From NCBI RefSeq assembly GCF_006345805.1, contig NC_043016.1:21390001-21454000 (forward strand): 64,000 bases of DNA. The letters are read 5' to 3'. The stretch comes from Octopus sinensis. Its lineage: Eukaryota. Positions 11,601-26,600 of the stretch are shown here, piece after piece; position 1 is the stretch's first letter; every line of letters begins with the position of its first letter. Below the pieces are notes generated by a model that was not told where the DNA came from, did not search any database, and saw nothing but the letters and a program-made list of their open reading frames with translations. Made by a program: the position numbers and the translations under genes.

Positions 11601-14600
11601 ATAACTTATTTCCTTTGGTTGTTAAAATAAAATATATTTGTTATATATAAAGATCCCTTCCAGGTGCCCTATTAATGATTTCTTTCAACAATCTGAGTAT
11701 GCCATTAGGTTTCCGGACATGAATTCTACTTGTGTCAAGTTGCACCAAAATAGTATTCATTGCACTTTATAATTTTTATTGATGAAAATAGACTGACATT
11801 TCTCTAAGAAATATGAAATTCATGTGTACAAGAATATGCATAAGGTGAACATTCATCGCTTAACACAACGGAATAAGAAATGAGTATTAATACAATGGTT
11901 GCATGCTAGTTTGAACTCTATAATACCTGAAGCCTTGAAATCGTCTTCTGTATGACCTCTTGCAGAGTGGGAATCCATCAGTTTAACAAGTAGTGTCAAT
12001 CTGTGTTGTGTACAAAAATTGTCAGTATACCACTCTTTTCTAACTTCACTTTTTTGTCATACTGTGGCCAGAATCAGCTATGTCCATGAAGATTTAGCAA
12101 GAAATTTTTGTTTCTTATGGTATCTTGAAGAAATTATATTTTCTAAGTGAAAATTTATGATAAATTTTCACTTTATATTTAGTAATTATTATCTGACCTA
12201 TCCCAGTTGAATTTTATATCAAAATAAAGTTAAACATTCCTCTACATGTGTGTATGATTCTTAACACAACTTGAGTAATAGTACTGAAGCACATTGAATT
12301 AAAACAAGGGCTACTGTTCAGCAGACAAAGAAAAAAAAAGATGGGACAAACTTTGAAAATGCCTAAAAATACCCTGACATATGTAGCTGTCAGACTTTAT
12401 TTTAAACTGTATGAGAAGAACATTCACATCCAAAGCTTTCAAATGATGTAATTTCCCATGTAAATAATTTATTTTGACATGCAAATGAAGTAAAATACGT
12501 GTTTTTTTGTGTTCACCCTGTGCTTGTCTCCATTGTACAGCGCTTTATAGTAATACCTAATAAAATATCCAATAATAAATCCTGATAAACCAAGCTGTTG
12601 TGTACATACTGGCTTTGTTATGGTTACCACCAAAATCTGTAGTTTATTTGTTAGCTTCCATATCTGAAACACAGATATTGTTTCAAGCAGGTGTTTGCTC
12701 AAGTAGAACTAATTGAGTTTCTCATTAATAAAAATAATGTGCCATATATGCCATAAAAACCCATGATTTGGGCACCTGTGTAAGTTGCGCAGGTAATTTT
12801 CAGGATAAAATTTATTAAAAAAAAGCTTCTACTCATGTAAAATTTGCACCCAAAAGTTTTCAGAATTGCTGATATAGCCAGGGAAAAAAGGTTTTCAATT
12901 TAGTTGTATTTAGCATAATTTCATTTATCGTGAAGGAGACATTTAATATGTGCTCCATTGCGATAGGTAGAAACTCCAAGCAATGTAAAATATGACCTGG
13001 ACTATGTTTACCAGCATGAACATCAGATTTCAAAAACTAGTTAACCATTTAATGGTTTTATTTAATTTATACAGAAAAAGTAAGCATTATACTATCCAGC
13101 ATAAATAAAAGTCAACTTCATTATGCGTATTTAAGCTATTTTTTCTGTAAAAACCTATCCTGATATTAAATGAGTCAACTTCTAGTATGAATTCTTACAT
13201 TTTGTACAGCTTTTTTCAACAGAAAAAATTTCAAAAAAAATTCTGGAAATGATCTACTCATGTAATTTATGCACCCACTAAAGTTTTTTTTATTTTTGCA
13301 AAAAAAAAGTGCATAAATTTCATGGGTTTTTATGGTATTTCCTCAGCTCCTATTGAAACATTTGCAAAATGACCATTTTTAAATAACTTGATTTTATTGT
13401 CATCCTGTAAGATATGTTAATTATGGATAGGGCTTTTTTTGTTACATATGAATTTTTTATTAAATTCCTGTTATTTTTACTTGTAATTTTTCTTTTAAAA
13501 CAGATTTTGGTACAGCAACTGCTTTTAATACACAAAATACATCAAGTAGCTTGTTTGGCTCACCTGCAACCACAACATCTGGAGGATTGTTTGGACAACC
13601 TGCAACGTTTGGTCAGCAAAGCACTGGCTTTTGTATGTCATTTTTTATACACTCATACACATTTGTTATTTTAGTAATACACATTTTTTAATCATTTATG
13701 TTCATGCTTTTTTCTTTGTACACTTGTCTTATTCCCATCTTGAGAGTATTTTATTTTGTTTATTATTTTTTTTCTTTGCTAAAATAAATTTTTTGGTGAA
13801 ACTAGGATTACAGACCTAGATTTTGCTGATGACAGTTATTCTTGCTGAATCTCTGGATGACTTAAGGAGTGCTCTTCTTTCACTGAGTGAGGAAGCAGAA
13901 CCACTTGTTCTCAGTCTGTTGGGTCATTATATAGATCTAGTTCTTTATTGGTTTCTTCTTGGAGGACTTCACTTCGTCTGTTTCTGTTGTAAGTGAGACT
14001 GGCGAAATTGTTGCTGCTTCACATCTCTCAGCAGTGTGATAGTGGCATTAGCTTTGAGCCTGAAGTCATGAAAAAACTTAGATGAGCTGATGCAATTGTG
14101 GGCTCATTGGATGAGGGTGTTTGATGATGCCAATATCTGTACAGGAGGACAAAGGTTTGGGTCTTGGAGTCTCTGATCTGCTCTATCCTGCTCTATAGTT
14201 GTGATACATGGACACTGTCCAGGACCCTTAGAAACCTTTTTGGTACCAGGACGCTTCACAGGATTATGGGTTACAAGTGGTTGAATTTCATAGATGACTA
14301 ATGACTCTACTTAGAAACTAGGATGCATTCTGTTACTTATATGATTCAGGAGCAGCAGCTCAGACTGTTTGGCCATGTTGCTTGATGTTTTTTTTTTAGT
14401 TAGACCCTGCTTATTATGTTTTCTTCACCAAGGGTCCCACTGGTTAACAGCTCATGTTAGTCAACCACATGCCACTTGGTCATAACAGTTGAGGAGGTAT
14501 CTTGCGAAGGTGGGGACTCTGCTTGATGGGTTGCCCTGTAGGATATGGGAATATACCAATAAATGGTAAATATAGCCATGCACTTTAATTGGCACATGCC

Positions 14601-17600
14601 CCACACTGGACCTGAAAATAAATTGTTTTGCTTGAAATAACCAGTAAGAAAAAAAATTATGTAAATTTTAGGTCACTGTTATTAAAAACAGAAGTTTAAC
14701 TATTTGGCATTTAAACTAGCCATATTAACCCAAATATTTTACCTGCTTTTTGTTCAAAGTGGCCAGATTCTCACACCTACCCAACAATGTCATACTAAAA
14801 ATAAGCAATCACATTATCAAAACCTCAAAGCTATGAAATAATGCATGATTAATTCAAAATAATGTGACTAAATCAGCATTACATTTGACAGAATAATCTG
14901 AATGTTAATGGGGTTGAGTTTGTTTAGAACTATATTTTGTTTGCAAAATGGCCTGTGAAGGAATTTTATGTTTTTTAAAGCTTTCAAATTATTCTATTTC
15001 TATGTCGTGTTTAAACAAATTTTTCATTTGAGCATTTTATTTAAAATTCTTGTAAAGTGTTGTAAATAAACAGTTGAATTATCTTTTCACATTCTATCTT
15101 TTACTGTTTTGTATTCCTTTTAGCATTTAGCAATACACCCAGTACATCTGGAGGTTTGTTTGGACCGCAGCCAGCTAGTAGTTTGTTTTCTCAACCAGCT
15201 AGCAATGCATTCAGTACTAAGACACCAATTTCATCTTTTGGTAAGTGCAGCCCATATTCTTTTACTTGCTTGATTTCTATTTAATTTTTTTAAAGTTTGT
15301 TATAAATTAAATATATTATGTCTAACTTGCAAACAGTAAACTCATTGGATAATAAAATAATAGTTCTTTAATTTTACTCATAAATTCCTGTAGTGCTTTC
15401 TCTGTGTAGTGCTTTTCCAGTCCTGTTAGAAAATAGAGATTTTGATGAAAATCTATCATTATCATTATTTAATGTCCATTTTCCATGCTGGCATTGGTTG
15501 GAAGGTTTGGCTGAAAACTGGTAAGCCAGTTACTGACTTGATTTAGCAATGTTTCTATGGCTTGGTGCTCTTCCTAATACCAACCACTCCATGTGGGTGT
15601 TTCTTACATGTCACTGGTGCAGGCGCTATTGACCTGACACCAGCATTGGCCACAACTATGGTCTTATTTGGCTTGACAGGTCTGCACAAGCACAGTATAT
15701 TGCCAAAGGTCTCGGTCACTTGTCACTACCTCCATGAGGCCCAACACTTGAACAGTGCTTTTTACATGGCAGTCAGATGGTACTGGTTTCAGCCATGACT
15801 GTGATTTCACTCGGCTCAACAGGTCTTCACAAGCACAGCATATTGCTTGACGTTTGAAGGGTGCTTTTTGTGTGCTACTTATGTGACACTGGCATCAGCC
15901 ATAACTACAATCTCACTTAGCTTGACAAGTCTTCTCAAGCATGGCATATTGCCAAAGGTCTCGGTCACTTGTCATTGCCTGTGTGAGGCCCAACATCTGA
16001 AGACTGTGCTTTACCACCTCATCTCATGTCTTCCTGGGTCTACCTCTTCCATAGGTTCCCTTCACTGTTAGAGTGCAACACTTCTTCACACAGCTGTCCT
16101 TGTCCATATGCATCACATGACCATACTAGCACAGTCGATTCTCTGGCACACCACATCTAATGCCTCTTGACTCCAACTTTTCCCTCAGGATGCTTACACT
16201 CTGTTGTGCACGCACACTGACATTACGCATCAAGCGAAGCATACAGCTTCATTTCTTACAACCCTATGCATGTCCACGGTAGTCACAGCCCATGTTTCAC
16301 TGCTGTGTAGAATGGCTGTTCACACTCAGGTATCACACAGTCTGCCTTTCACTCTGAGCGAGAAGCCCTTTGTTACCAGCAGAGGTTGGAGCTCTCTGAA
16401 TTTTACCCAGCCTATTCTTATTCTCACAACTATGCTCTCGAAGCATCCACCCCGGCTACTGACTTGGTCACTTAGGTATTTTCGCTGTTAACCTTCCTCT
16501 GATATTGCTGCACCTCTTATGTGTCCATAGCTTACACCGCATACATTTATGGAGTTTCTACCCATGCATTTTCTACAGATTGAGCAGGGCCATCTACCTG
16601 AAGAGATTTGTGATTCGTCTGCTTTCCTACTTACTAAGACTTTAGGTTTTTGCTAGGTTAACTCTAAGGCCCTTTGATTCTAGACCTTGCTTCCACAGCC
16701 GGAACTTCTCTAGTTCTGATCCTGCAGTTGGTCAACATTTGGCAGACTTTCTTCTATTCATTCTCTTTATTTAGCAGCCTTCCATAGTGGCATTTCCAAG
16801 TATCTTCCTTTCCAGCATCATTAAATGCAAGTGAACCATCATCCATGTGGAATGTTGCCAAATCAGATCTGAACACAGTGCAGCTCTCTGGCTCACCAGT
16901 TTTCAGTCAAATCATCCAAGCCATGCCAGCATGGAAAATGGACATTCTCTCATACACTGTCTTGCAATTCAAAACACAAGTCTCTGGTCCTCATGACAGA
17001 GAACTTTGGCAAGCCTCTTCTTTTCTGCTTCCCTTCTAGCTATCTGATACAATTCTCTGCTACCACCACACTTCCAGTCCAGTTTCTTTTCTCTACTGGC
17101 CCTGTCGACTACATTGTTCCACCACCATGTCACCTTAGGTTGAGAAGGGGACTTTGCACCAGCCACAGATCTGGTCAGATCTGTCTATTCAGAGGATTGT
17201 TAAGCTTCCAAACCTTTCTTTTCCACACTGGTTGTCTTCTGGGCAGCCATTTAGCACTGATCCTGAAGTCACTAACAACTAACTTATATTGTGGAGTGCA
17301 TTCTTCACCTGGGAAAGTTCTGATATTTATAAGCAGCTACCTTTCCTGTTTCCTGGTGAGAATGTAGTCAATCTGACTAGTGTGCCCACCAGACCAGTAG
17401 GTGAACAGATGACTGGCAGGTTTCCTAGAGTATTGCAGATCTTAGGATAATTTGCACCTCAGAACTCCAGCAGCCTGGTTCCCTTCCAATGGGTAGAAAC
17501 TCTGAAAAGCTGGGATCACTTTTCATGCATTCAATTAATCTGGCATTTTTTCATCACCATTGCAAATGCTTCATCTGTTGCAACATGTACAAGTTTATTC

Positions 17601-20600
17601 AGCAAGACCAGCAAATCCAACATCTTCATAATTATTTCAGAAGAAACACTGAATAAATACTGCCTCTGTCTGTCAGTTGATTTGTGAATCATTTAACTGA
17701 ATGCAAAGGAATTTTTAAAATCATTTTGCTTGTAATATCAACCCTGGTCTAAGGGATGTGTCTCTCTGTAGTTGAGGTTTTGTGTAATTTGGATCTAAGT
17801 CAGTAACAACATTACCTACATTCTTCTAAATAAATTATGAGGCGGGAGACTCCTTCAGGAAGTAAAATAATATAAATTATTGAATTGGGTCGAAGTAATT
17901 GAATTAACTTGTCTATTGCTTACCTTATGCCAAAATTTGAGACCAATATTATTGTTAGTAGATAATGGTCATTGTCAAAAGAGAAATGTGACAATGGCCA
18001 TTGTGAAAAGAGAAGTGTGACAAATAGTGAAAGATAATGAAAGGAAGAGACGTTAAATGTATTTTCCTATATGTTGTCACTTTCAAGTATGTGTAACACA
18101 CTGTGGCCTTCTTTGGAAGAGAATGTTGAAAGTAGCATTCCACTTGCAAATGACATGTATCTACCTCCTTACAACTTGAATGGGAATCATGGTGAGAAAG
18201 TCAGAGAGTACAAAACTAAAATAGAAGGGAGCAGAAATTAAAAAATTCATTTCAATTTTATATTTGAGTTTATTCAAAATAGTTGAATTTATAGTTCTCC
18301 ATAAAAGTACACTGAATATCCAATGAATAATCATAAAGCTTGAATTTTTTTCTGATCCCACTTTTATATTAACTGTGATAAGAAAAAACAAGCAAACAAA
18401 ACATTTCCATGAGCCACATATATTAACAATGAGCTGTGGTTTGGCCATGCCTGCTATAGTATGTTTAATACTAATTCCTGATCCATTCCAGCATTCACTT
18501 CAAACCCTTATTTTTACTACAGTGCATACACTCATATCAACAAATAAAAAAGAATATTCTTGCTTTATCCAGTATCAAACTCATGAATTGTTTATTATTT
18601 TCAAATGTCTTTTTTTTTTGTTTCATATATCTTAGCAATATTCATATTTTCACAGCCTTTGGAACAAATACACCAAATACAAATCTCTTTAACAGAAACC
18701 AAACATCTGCCACCATATTTGGTCAATCCAGCAACAGTAAGTTCTTTTGTTTTAAATTTAAATTACTTTTGTGTGCAATTATGTTTATATATATATGTAT
18801 TCATATTTTATGAAATTCTAGTGTAGATTTCTATAGATTTGCCAAACTTATCAAATATATGTAAAAACTTTTACCACTTGTAAGAGTAGGTTTTGTTCAA
18901 AATATGTTAAAAGTTTGATAGACAAGTAGCTTGCTTTCTTTAGTACATACAAAGGCATAAAACCTACAATGGGATATCACAGAGACAAATAGAAAACCAA
19001 AGTGTTAGATTTTGCTTGATGCATTGGCATAGTTAAAAGAGCATTAACGTAAAGAATATGCTAGGTGTATTTTATAGGAAAAAAGATTAATGTATCTGGG
19101 CATCAATCAATGGTTAAGGTAGGCAGAGAAATTAATTACAATGTTAGAATGACTACATAATTGGAGTGAATGAGTGTCGGGGATAGTATTCATAATAAAA
19201 TTAGTGATTTAAGAGTATTCAGTTCAGATGTGGAAACTTTAGATAACAAGGTACAGCAAAGTACTGTATTGCAGTACTTATATTGTCATAATTTCAGTCT
19301 GTTGAGGGTTACCACATTAACTTTCTTGTTACCAAAGACCTATGACCCGAGACACAAAGCCCTTACTGAGGCCAGTCAGCTGAAGCCAGTTAAGGCTAGA
19401 CTTGCAATGAACAGTGTCGCTAGTTCCTGAAGTTGCCAAAACAATACTTGTTTCATCATGGTGTAATCGATCGTAATTTTTTAGGACTTTCATTAGAGGT
19501 GAAAGATTTTCATTATTACATATATGCTTTTACAATGAGTTTAATTTAAGAACATCGAGTATCTTACTTTTGGATGTGTACATAACGTTAGAATAAATTC
19601 AGTAGACGAACTTTATTTTCTGAACTAAGTATAATCCACATGTATGCAGTTGCATTTACTACTAAATGCATTATTAGTATTTACAAACATCCAGAAAGGT
19701 CACCATTTCCACACCAGGATAATGAGTTGTGGAGCAGAAACTTGCATCCTTAAGTGTAAAATAATGAATCCATCAGTTCCACCTGACTTTTACTACAATA
19801 GCAATATATATGCGTGTTTTATTTATGGATGTGTGCATGTGCATCTGAGATTGGAAATTTTTCCTCATTGTTTAATTTGTCTAATCAGTGAAACTATTGC
19901 TAAAATCCTTTAAAAGCTGTGAATTGACAATGTTCTCTGTGTGTGTGTGTGTGTGTGTTAGTATGAGTATATTAATGTATACATGTATATCATTATCTTA
20001 ATTTGATCTGTTTCTTCATATTGTCATGGATTAAGTAAAAGTTGTTGAAGTAAATGTACTATGGCTGGATGCTATTCCATTGCCAATTTGTAACTGTTTT
20101 TCAAATAAGATATCTTCATTCCATGAGTGCATGCATATCAAAGCTACTAAAATTAAGAGATTTTGTTTACCAGAGAATGTAAGCAACTCATGGTGTTATA
20201 GGTCTGTGGAACATGCATGTGCGCATACAACAGCATTCACCATGGTTTCTACCAACCATTTCCACTTATAAATTGGCCCATGGCCATAATAGCAGATTAT
20301 AGTTGACAAAAAATTTGTTTTGGATCTTTATTTCTTGATGATTAAATGTTAGTGGAGGTTTAAATTTCAGATAAAGTTCATCATTATCCAAATTTTATTT
20401 TGTCAAATTAATAGAACTGTATTGCTGCATGGTAGTGTATGCTGTTGTAACATATGTGTCCTCGTTGCCACTTTTGTATCGTAGTACTGTATGCTACTTT
20501 TATAACATGGACTTATAACTGTGTGATATATGATACTGCGAAATGGGGTAGACCAACTGATTCCACTTGATGTGTTCCCTAATACTCTGCCTACAAATGT

Positions 20601-23600
20601 AGCCAAAACAACTCTCAATGAACTATAACACTTCTCAACAATTTCCTGCTTTTCCATGAACTCACGAACAACACTTTTTGACTTCCTGCAATTTCTCATC
20701 TCTTGCTATCAGTCAAACACACTGCTACTTATACGAGTTCGGCTAGTCCATTCCCACAGGGGGTGCCATGATACTTGCCATAACATCTCCATATAGCAAT
20801 ATGGAGTTATGGCAAAGAACAAATCAAGTTTCGATTAGGGAGAAAATATTAAAAAAAACATGGAAGTGGATTGGTAGCACAATTAGAAAAGAAACATCAA
20901 ATGTAGTGAAAAATGCTTTACAGTGGAAACCAGATGGATATAGAAAGAGAGGTGGCATAGATCAACACAAAAGAAACTAGAGAAAGGGGGATATTCATGG
21001 CAGAATATTAGTACAGAAGCAAAAATTATGCGACATGGAATTCAACTATAAGTGGCCTATACTCCACGTTGGAGGGCTAAAGGCAGAAAAAAAAAAGGTA
21101 GATAGTTGATAGTGACATGTTTTCAGACATTCATTCAAACCAGTGGAAAAATCAGCACATAGCCTGATTTTGTTATTCATTTTTTAATACACACTGTTGG
21201 AGCTGCCCATTTTTCACATTCCACTTTCTGAACGACTCCAATTTTCTCTAATCTGTCTAATTCTTCATTGACATGTTTTATCACAGCAAAAGGTATTGTT
21301 CTTTTTGGTTTGAACACTGGTGTTGTGCTTTCCTTAATTTGGAAATGTGCCTCAGTCTTAGTATACAAAACTAATTTATCCGACAAGACTTCAGGAAAAG
21401 CATTTTAAAATAGTTTCTTCAATTCATCTGACGCCTTATTCTTACTGGAACAACAATCATTTATGTTTTTACAGAACAGATTTATGGGGAGGTCCCATAG
21501 ATCAAGCAACTCTATCCTGTCAATACCGAACATGTTTGTTGCATTTTTTCACACAAGCACTTTTGCTTTACAGGTTTTATCACAAAATGTAATGTCGCTT
21601 ACCATTTCATCTAAGAAGTGTAATCTTTCAATTGTGATGCTTCATGCACTTTTCAATGTTTTCTTTAATGTAGGTTTCCCAATTTTCTTCCACATGTTGG
21701 TATCAATAATTGTAGTGTTGCCACTTGTGTCTAGTTGTAGTTTCATGCTTGCGTTGTTTACTTTTACATACACATACATTCCGTTGAGCAAACCTTTTAA
21801 GAAGAATTTTTCTTTTTCTGATCTTTTTTGTTTTGCTATGCAGTGTGAGCTTTTATGTCCTATTTTTTGACATCTAAAACATTTCCGAATTTTAAATTGA
21901 CAGTCTTTCTTAAAATGCAGACCCCCACACCCATAGCATGGATTTGGTCGTAACATTTTTCCCCTTTATTTATTACTGGTCAACATGTCTGTACTTGAGA
22001 AAAAGTTTTTTCTTCAATTTTCTTTACATCCTGTCGTAAGTTGATAATTCTTTGACATCCCTCTGCAACTACCTGCAGGGTTAAATTCTGGTCCCCCTGT
22101 TCTAGTTATATGAGTATCTGTGTATGTATTTCTGCATCTTTGTTTGCTGTCAAACCTTGCACAAAGATGAGGCAATTAAACCTGTCCAGATATAATTCCT
22201 TCAGTTTAAGTTTTTTGCACATTTTATTCATGATTCAAGCAAAACTAACAAAATGTTCATCCTCTTTACTAAGTTCAAACACTCTTAGCAACTGTTAAAC
22301 AGAGATCTCTTATCGCTGAACATTTTGGATAGCAATATGTTCTGAAGGAGCTAATTTTCGTAACAGTAGTCTCACTTTTTCATTGTCTGTCCAACACTTG
22401 CATTCTGCCTTGAAGATTTCTTTGTATCTTTTGAAGTACGCTGAAAAAGTTATATCCTCTTCTGGGTTATAATTAAATTCAGTTATAGCATTTGCGACGC
22501 TGTCTGGTGAAAACAAACTTGCAGTGTTTCCTGATATGCATATTAATTCCAGTAACTGCTGTTCGACTCTTGGGTATTGTTGTTTGACTCTTGAGTACTG
22601 CTGTTCGACTCTTGCAACTGTAATATGCCAGCTAATAGGTCTTCCATTAACAAATTTTTTGTATCATAAAAAATTGGTAATGACCAACGTAAGCTTTGAA
22701 TCACTTGTTGCCACTTTTGTAACATGGACTTATAACTGTGGGATATACGATACTATGAAACAGGGTACACCAACTGACTTCATATTATGTATTCCTAAAT
22801 AATCTGCTAACAAATATAATCAATCCAGAACAACTTCTTAACAATTTCCTGCAATTCCACGAACTCCTGAACAACACCTTTAGACTTCTTGCTATTTCTC
22901 ATCCCTCTCTTTCAATCAAACATGCTGCTACCTCTATGAGTTCAGCTAGTCCATTCTTACAAGGGGTGTCATGATATTTGCCATAACAGATGCAAAGGAT
23001 CTGAGAAGACTGGAAAGAAATGTAGCAAGCATGCTCTACTGGTTGTGCAATTTGAGTGCGTTTGAAAGAATTCGTACAAAGGAACAGAGTGAAAGACTGG
23101 GCATTAGGATAATCAGTTACTGTGCAAGAAACAAGACTGCACTAATATGGACACATGATGCATATGGATGAGGACTGCTGTATAAAGAACTGTTGATCAC
23201 AAAATGTGGTGAGAATTTGAAGAAGTGGGATACCCAGGAAGACATATAGTAAAGTGGTTAAGGCTAACGTCATGACCCTGGACCTGATGGAGGAGTTGAT
23301 AAATGACTGAGATATCTAGTTATATAAAGCAACACACTCTACTCAGCAAAACTGAGTTCTGGAAACCTATACATTGCACTCTCCACCCACAGTGACTTGT
23401 CCCCACTTTCCATATATTAGGCCTGCAGCTCCACCCTAGCTCCACTGGCTCTTGCACACTAACAACAGTCTGCCTCCCCCAACTGTATCATATTAACTAC
23501 TCCTGCAGATTGGCATCCCACACACTTTCTTCTGTATCCTTGTCTCCTCCAACTATCTTTGCTTATCCACCCTTCCACTCTATACCTTCTGGTTCACCCT

Positions 23601-26600
23601 TCATTCTCTTTCCCATATAATCTTGCAAACCAATTCTTCAACTCAGGTTCTGCCTTGTGTGGGGTGGGAGTGGGTGCATCTTGGCACCTCGTTGCCACAA
23701 TCTGTGTCTTGCCGGTGAGTGTGTTACATAATAAGGCACAAAAAGAAAATGACTCTCCCCAGACACAACAGAATTGAATTTATTGATATTTCTATGTCTT
23801 TTATAAGGTTGGGTGCATTAGGTATGAGTTACTGTAAACAAGAGCAAGAATCATTATATCCCAACAATATACTATTCACTTCAATTTTACATCTTTTTAC
23901 TTAACTAATACCAGAGCTTTCAAGCACACTACTTTCTGCATCTCTGGCTCTCTGTCCACTTAGGATTTAGTCTAATGCAATGCTTAAGGTTATATTTTTA
24001 TTTTTTTTTAATGTAAAAATTCTTGAATTTGTATTCCTGGTTTCTTTTCCCCTTATGTCCAAGTTAAATGTTTTGTAAACTTTAATTTAAATATCTGAAG
24101 TAAAACACACCAGCAGTTTCTAAAATTTTGTATGATAAATGGTTTATTTTCTGTTAATTCTCAGTGTTTGGAAGCTCCACGGCTACTGGTACAAGCACCA
24201 AATTTCAACCACCAGTTGGTCAGGATACAATGGTTAAAGGCGGGATAACAAATAATATTAACACACGCCATCAGTGTATATCTGCTATGAAGGAGTATGA
24301 AGACAAATGTTTAGAGGTGTGTATATTTTGTAAAATATTAATAACCTTTCAGGTGCCAGTTTTTCAATGTTTTGTGCGTGTGTGGTGTTGCAGGTGGGTA
24401 GAATCTGAATATTTTAACTGTTTATATTCGTTTCATAATTAACTTAATATTAAGCATGAAAAATAGGAAATAAATTTGAAAACTAAAGCTAAGAATTAGC
24501 TTTGAACCAGAATATCTTAATACTCAGTAGTGTGTATGAATGTAACCATAGTTTGCATTTTAAAATATGGAGTTAAGTAACTATTTTCTGAATTCTTGCA
24601 GTTTATGGCATTTACAAAGTGTACAGTATATTAACGCTCTTATACTCCCTTTCTTCATGGCCAGTATATAAAAAGTATATATATATACCCGCATCATTGT
24701 TTCAGCGAATTTATGTCATTGTTAACATTTACTAATTTTTCACAACAGTGTCAAGTCAGACAGGTGGAAACTTATAATTGTTTTCCCATACATCCTTTGA
24801 TGCACCTGGACATATCATCATTGATGTTTCCTAGGGTCATTAAGTGCTCTGTGTCTTTCAGCATCAGACATCCTCACCCAGGCAATCCAGCCATGTTTGA
24901 TTAAGCAACAATTTGTGTTCAGTTATCACTAACCCTGCTTGCATTGCTCCATCGGTGACACACACACCTCTTGATCCACAGCCATCTTGAGGCAACATCT
25001 AGTGCCTCCACAGTCAACCTAATGGCTTTCTGCTTACTGCTACCTGTGATGCTAAGCATGTTGTAAGGTCTGCAGGATTGACCTGCAAACCCTCCTTGCC
25101 TCCTACTTTGATGTGATTACATCTAACTTGCTGCCCATTGTTTTGGCAAATCTCCACTAGGTCAGTATGCTTCCTTCTCTTACAGTTCTTAGCCTCCTCA
25201 ATGCAGTGGTACAAAGAAATTTAACTGCTTGGTATTTAGTGATGTGAAAGTAGTAGTAATGTAAGAAAGGTATCAGTCCATCTTTTCTCCAGATATGTTA
25301 ATTGATTTCCTTTAATTTTGTTTTCTCAAGAGTATTTTCCAATCTTAATGCTTCTCTATCTCAAATATCACTCACCCATGCTGGTGGCATGTAAAAATCA
25401 CCATTTGTGCGTAGTCGATGCCAGGAGTGCCTGACTGGCTCCTGTGCCGGTGTCATGTAAAAAGCACCCACTACACTCTTGGAGTGGGACATTAGATGGT
25501 ATAACTGATATGCAAGGAATGAAAACAGTCTCACCTTTATCACAACCAGTGAAAATATTTGCCTCAACACATTTTCTCATGAGTTTGTGCACAATTAATT
25601 TTGTACCATTGCATAATTTTGGTTGAGACAAATTATGTAAAAGCATAATAGGAGTCCATTTTTTCAGCTGAAGATCACGAGGAGTTGTACCTGGTGGTGC
25701 TAGTGAGTTCTAAATTTCGATGGGGGTAGTTAACAATATCCTGATCATCATCAACCCTGTCAACTGAGTTATAAGTGAATACTTCTCCCAGAAGTTTATT
25801 CACTACCTTATTATTAATGCAATGTACAGTAACATGTTTTTCGAGCCAGGATAGCTTGCTCGCAGATCCAATCTGTATTGTCGTAATTATGAAGAAGATT
25901 AGGAAAAAATTTCATCCACCAAATCATCAGCAGAATCAGTTGAATTACATATTGGATTGAATGTAAGAAACTTCTTTATCAACTGGAACTCTTCACATAT
26001 TGTGCAAACAGGAAGTCTTTTGGTGAAAAGGTTCTAAAATGAGGCTTGAATTGGTTTCTTGCACAGAAGAAGAATACTTAGGTCTAGTTTTTTTATCTTC
26101 AAACAACACTATTTGAATGGTAATTTCATGTGGTTCAAGGTTTGCCAATATTTGCAGTTTCTTGCAGTATAAGAATTTGAGTTTATGATTTTTTAAATTT
26201 TTAATCAAACCTTTTTATCAATTTTATTGGCAGGAACTCAGATTAGAAGATTATCAGGCTGGTCGTAAAGGAAAACAACAACAACAATCACTTGCTCAGC
26301 CTCAACCTCAACAACCAACAAGTTCAAATTTATTTGGTACCTCAACTAGTCAGGCAACAACTGGATTTGGCTTTGGTCAGAATAAGACAGCTACAACCAG
26401 TAAGTTATTAATGGAATAATTCTCAATTCAATTGTTTAGTTCATAGTGACATTTTAATTTCTTTGATAGTGAAAGAGGATTTAATATTTTATAAATTGTA
26501 TCAATTTCAGGAAAACTTGAAAGCAAATTAGTTTTAGATTTAATGAAGAAAGACAAACGAATAACATATTGAAATGCTACTCATGGAGTTCTTAGTTCAT

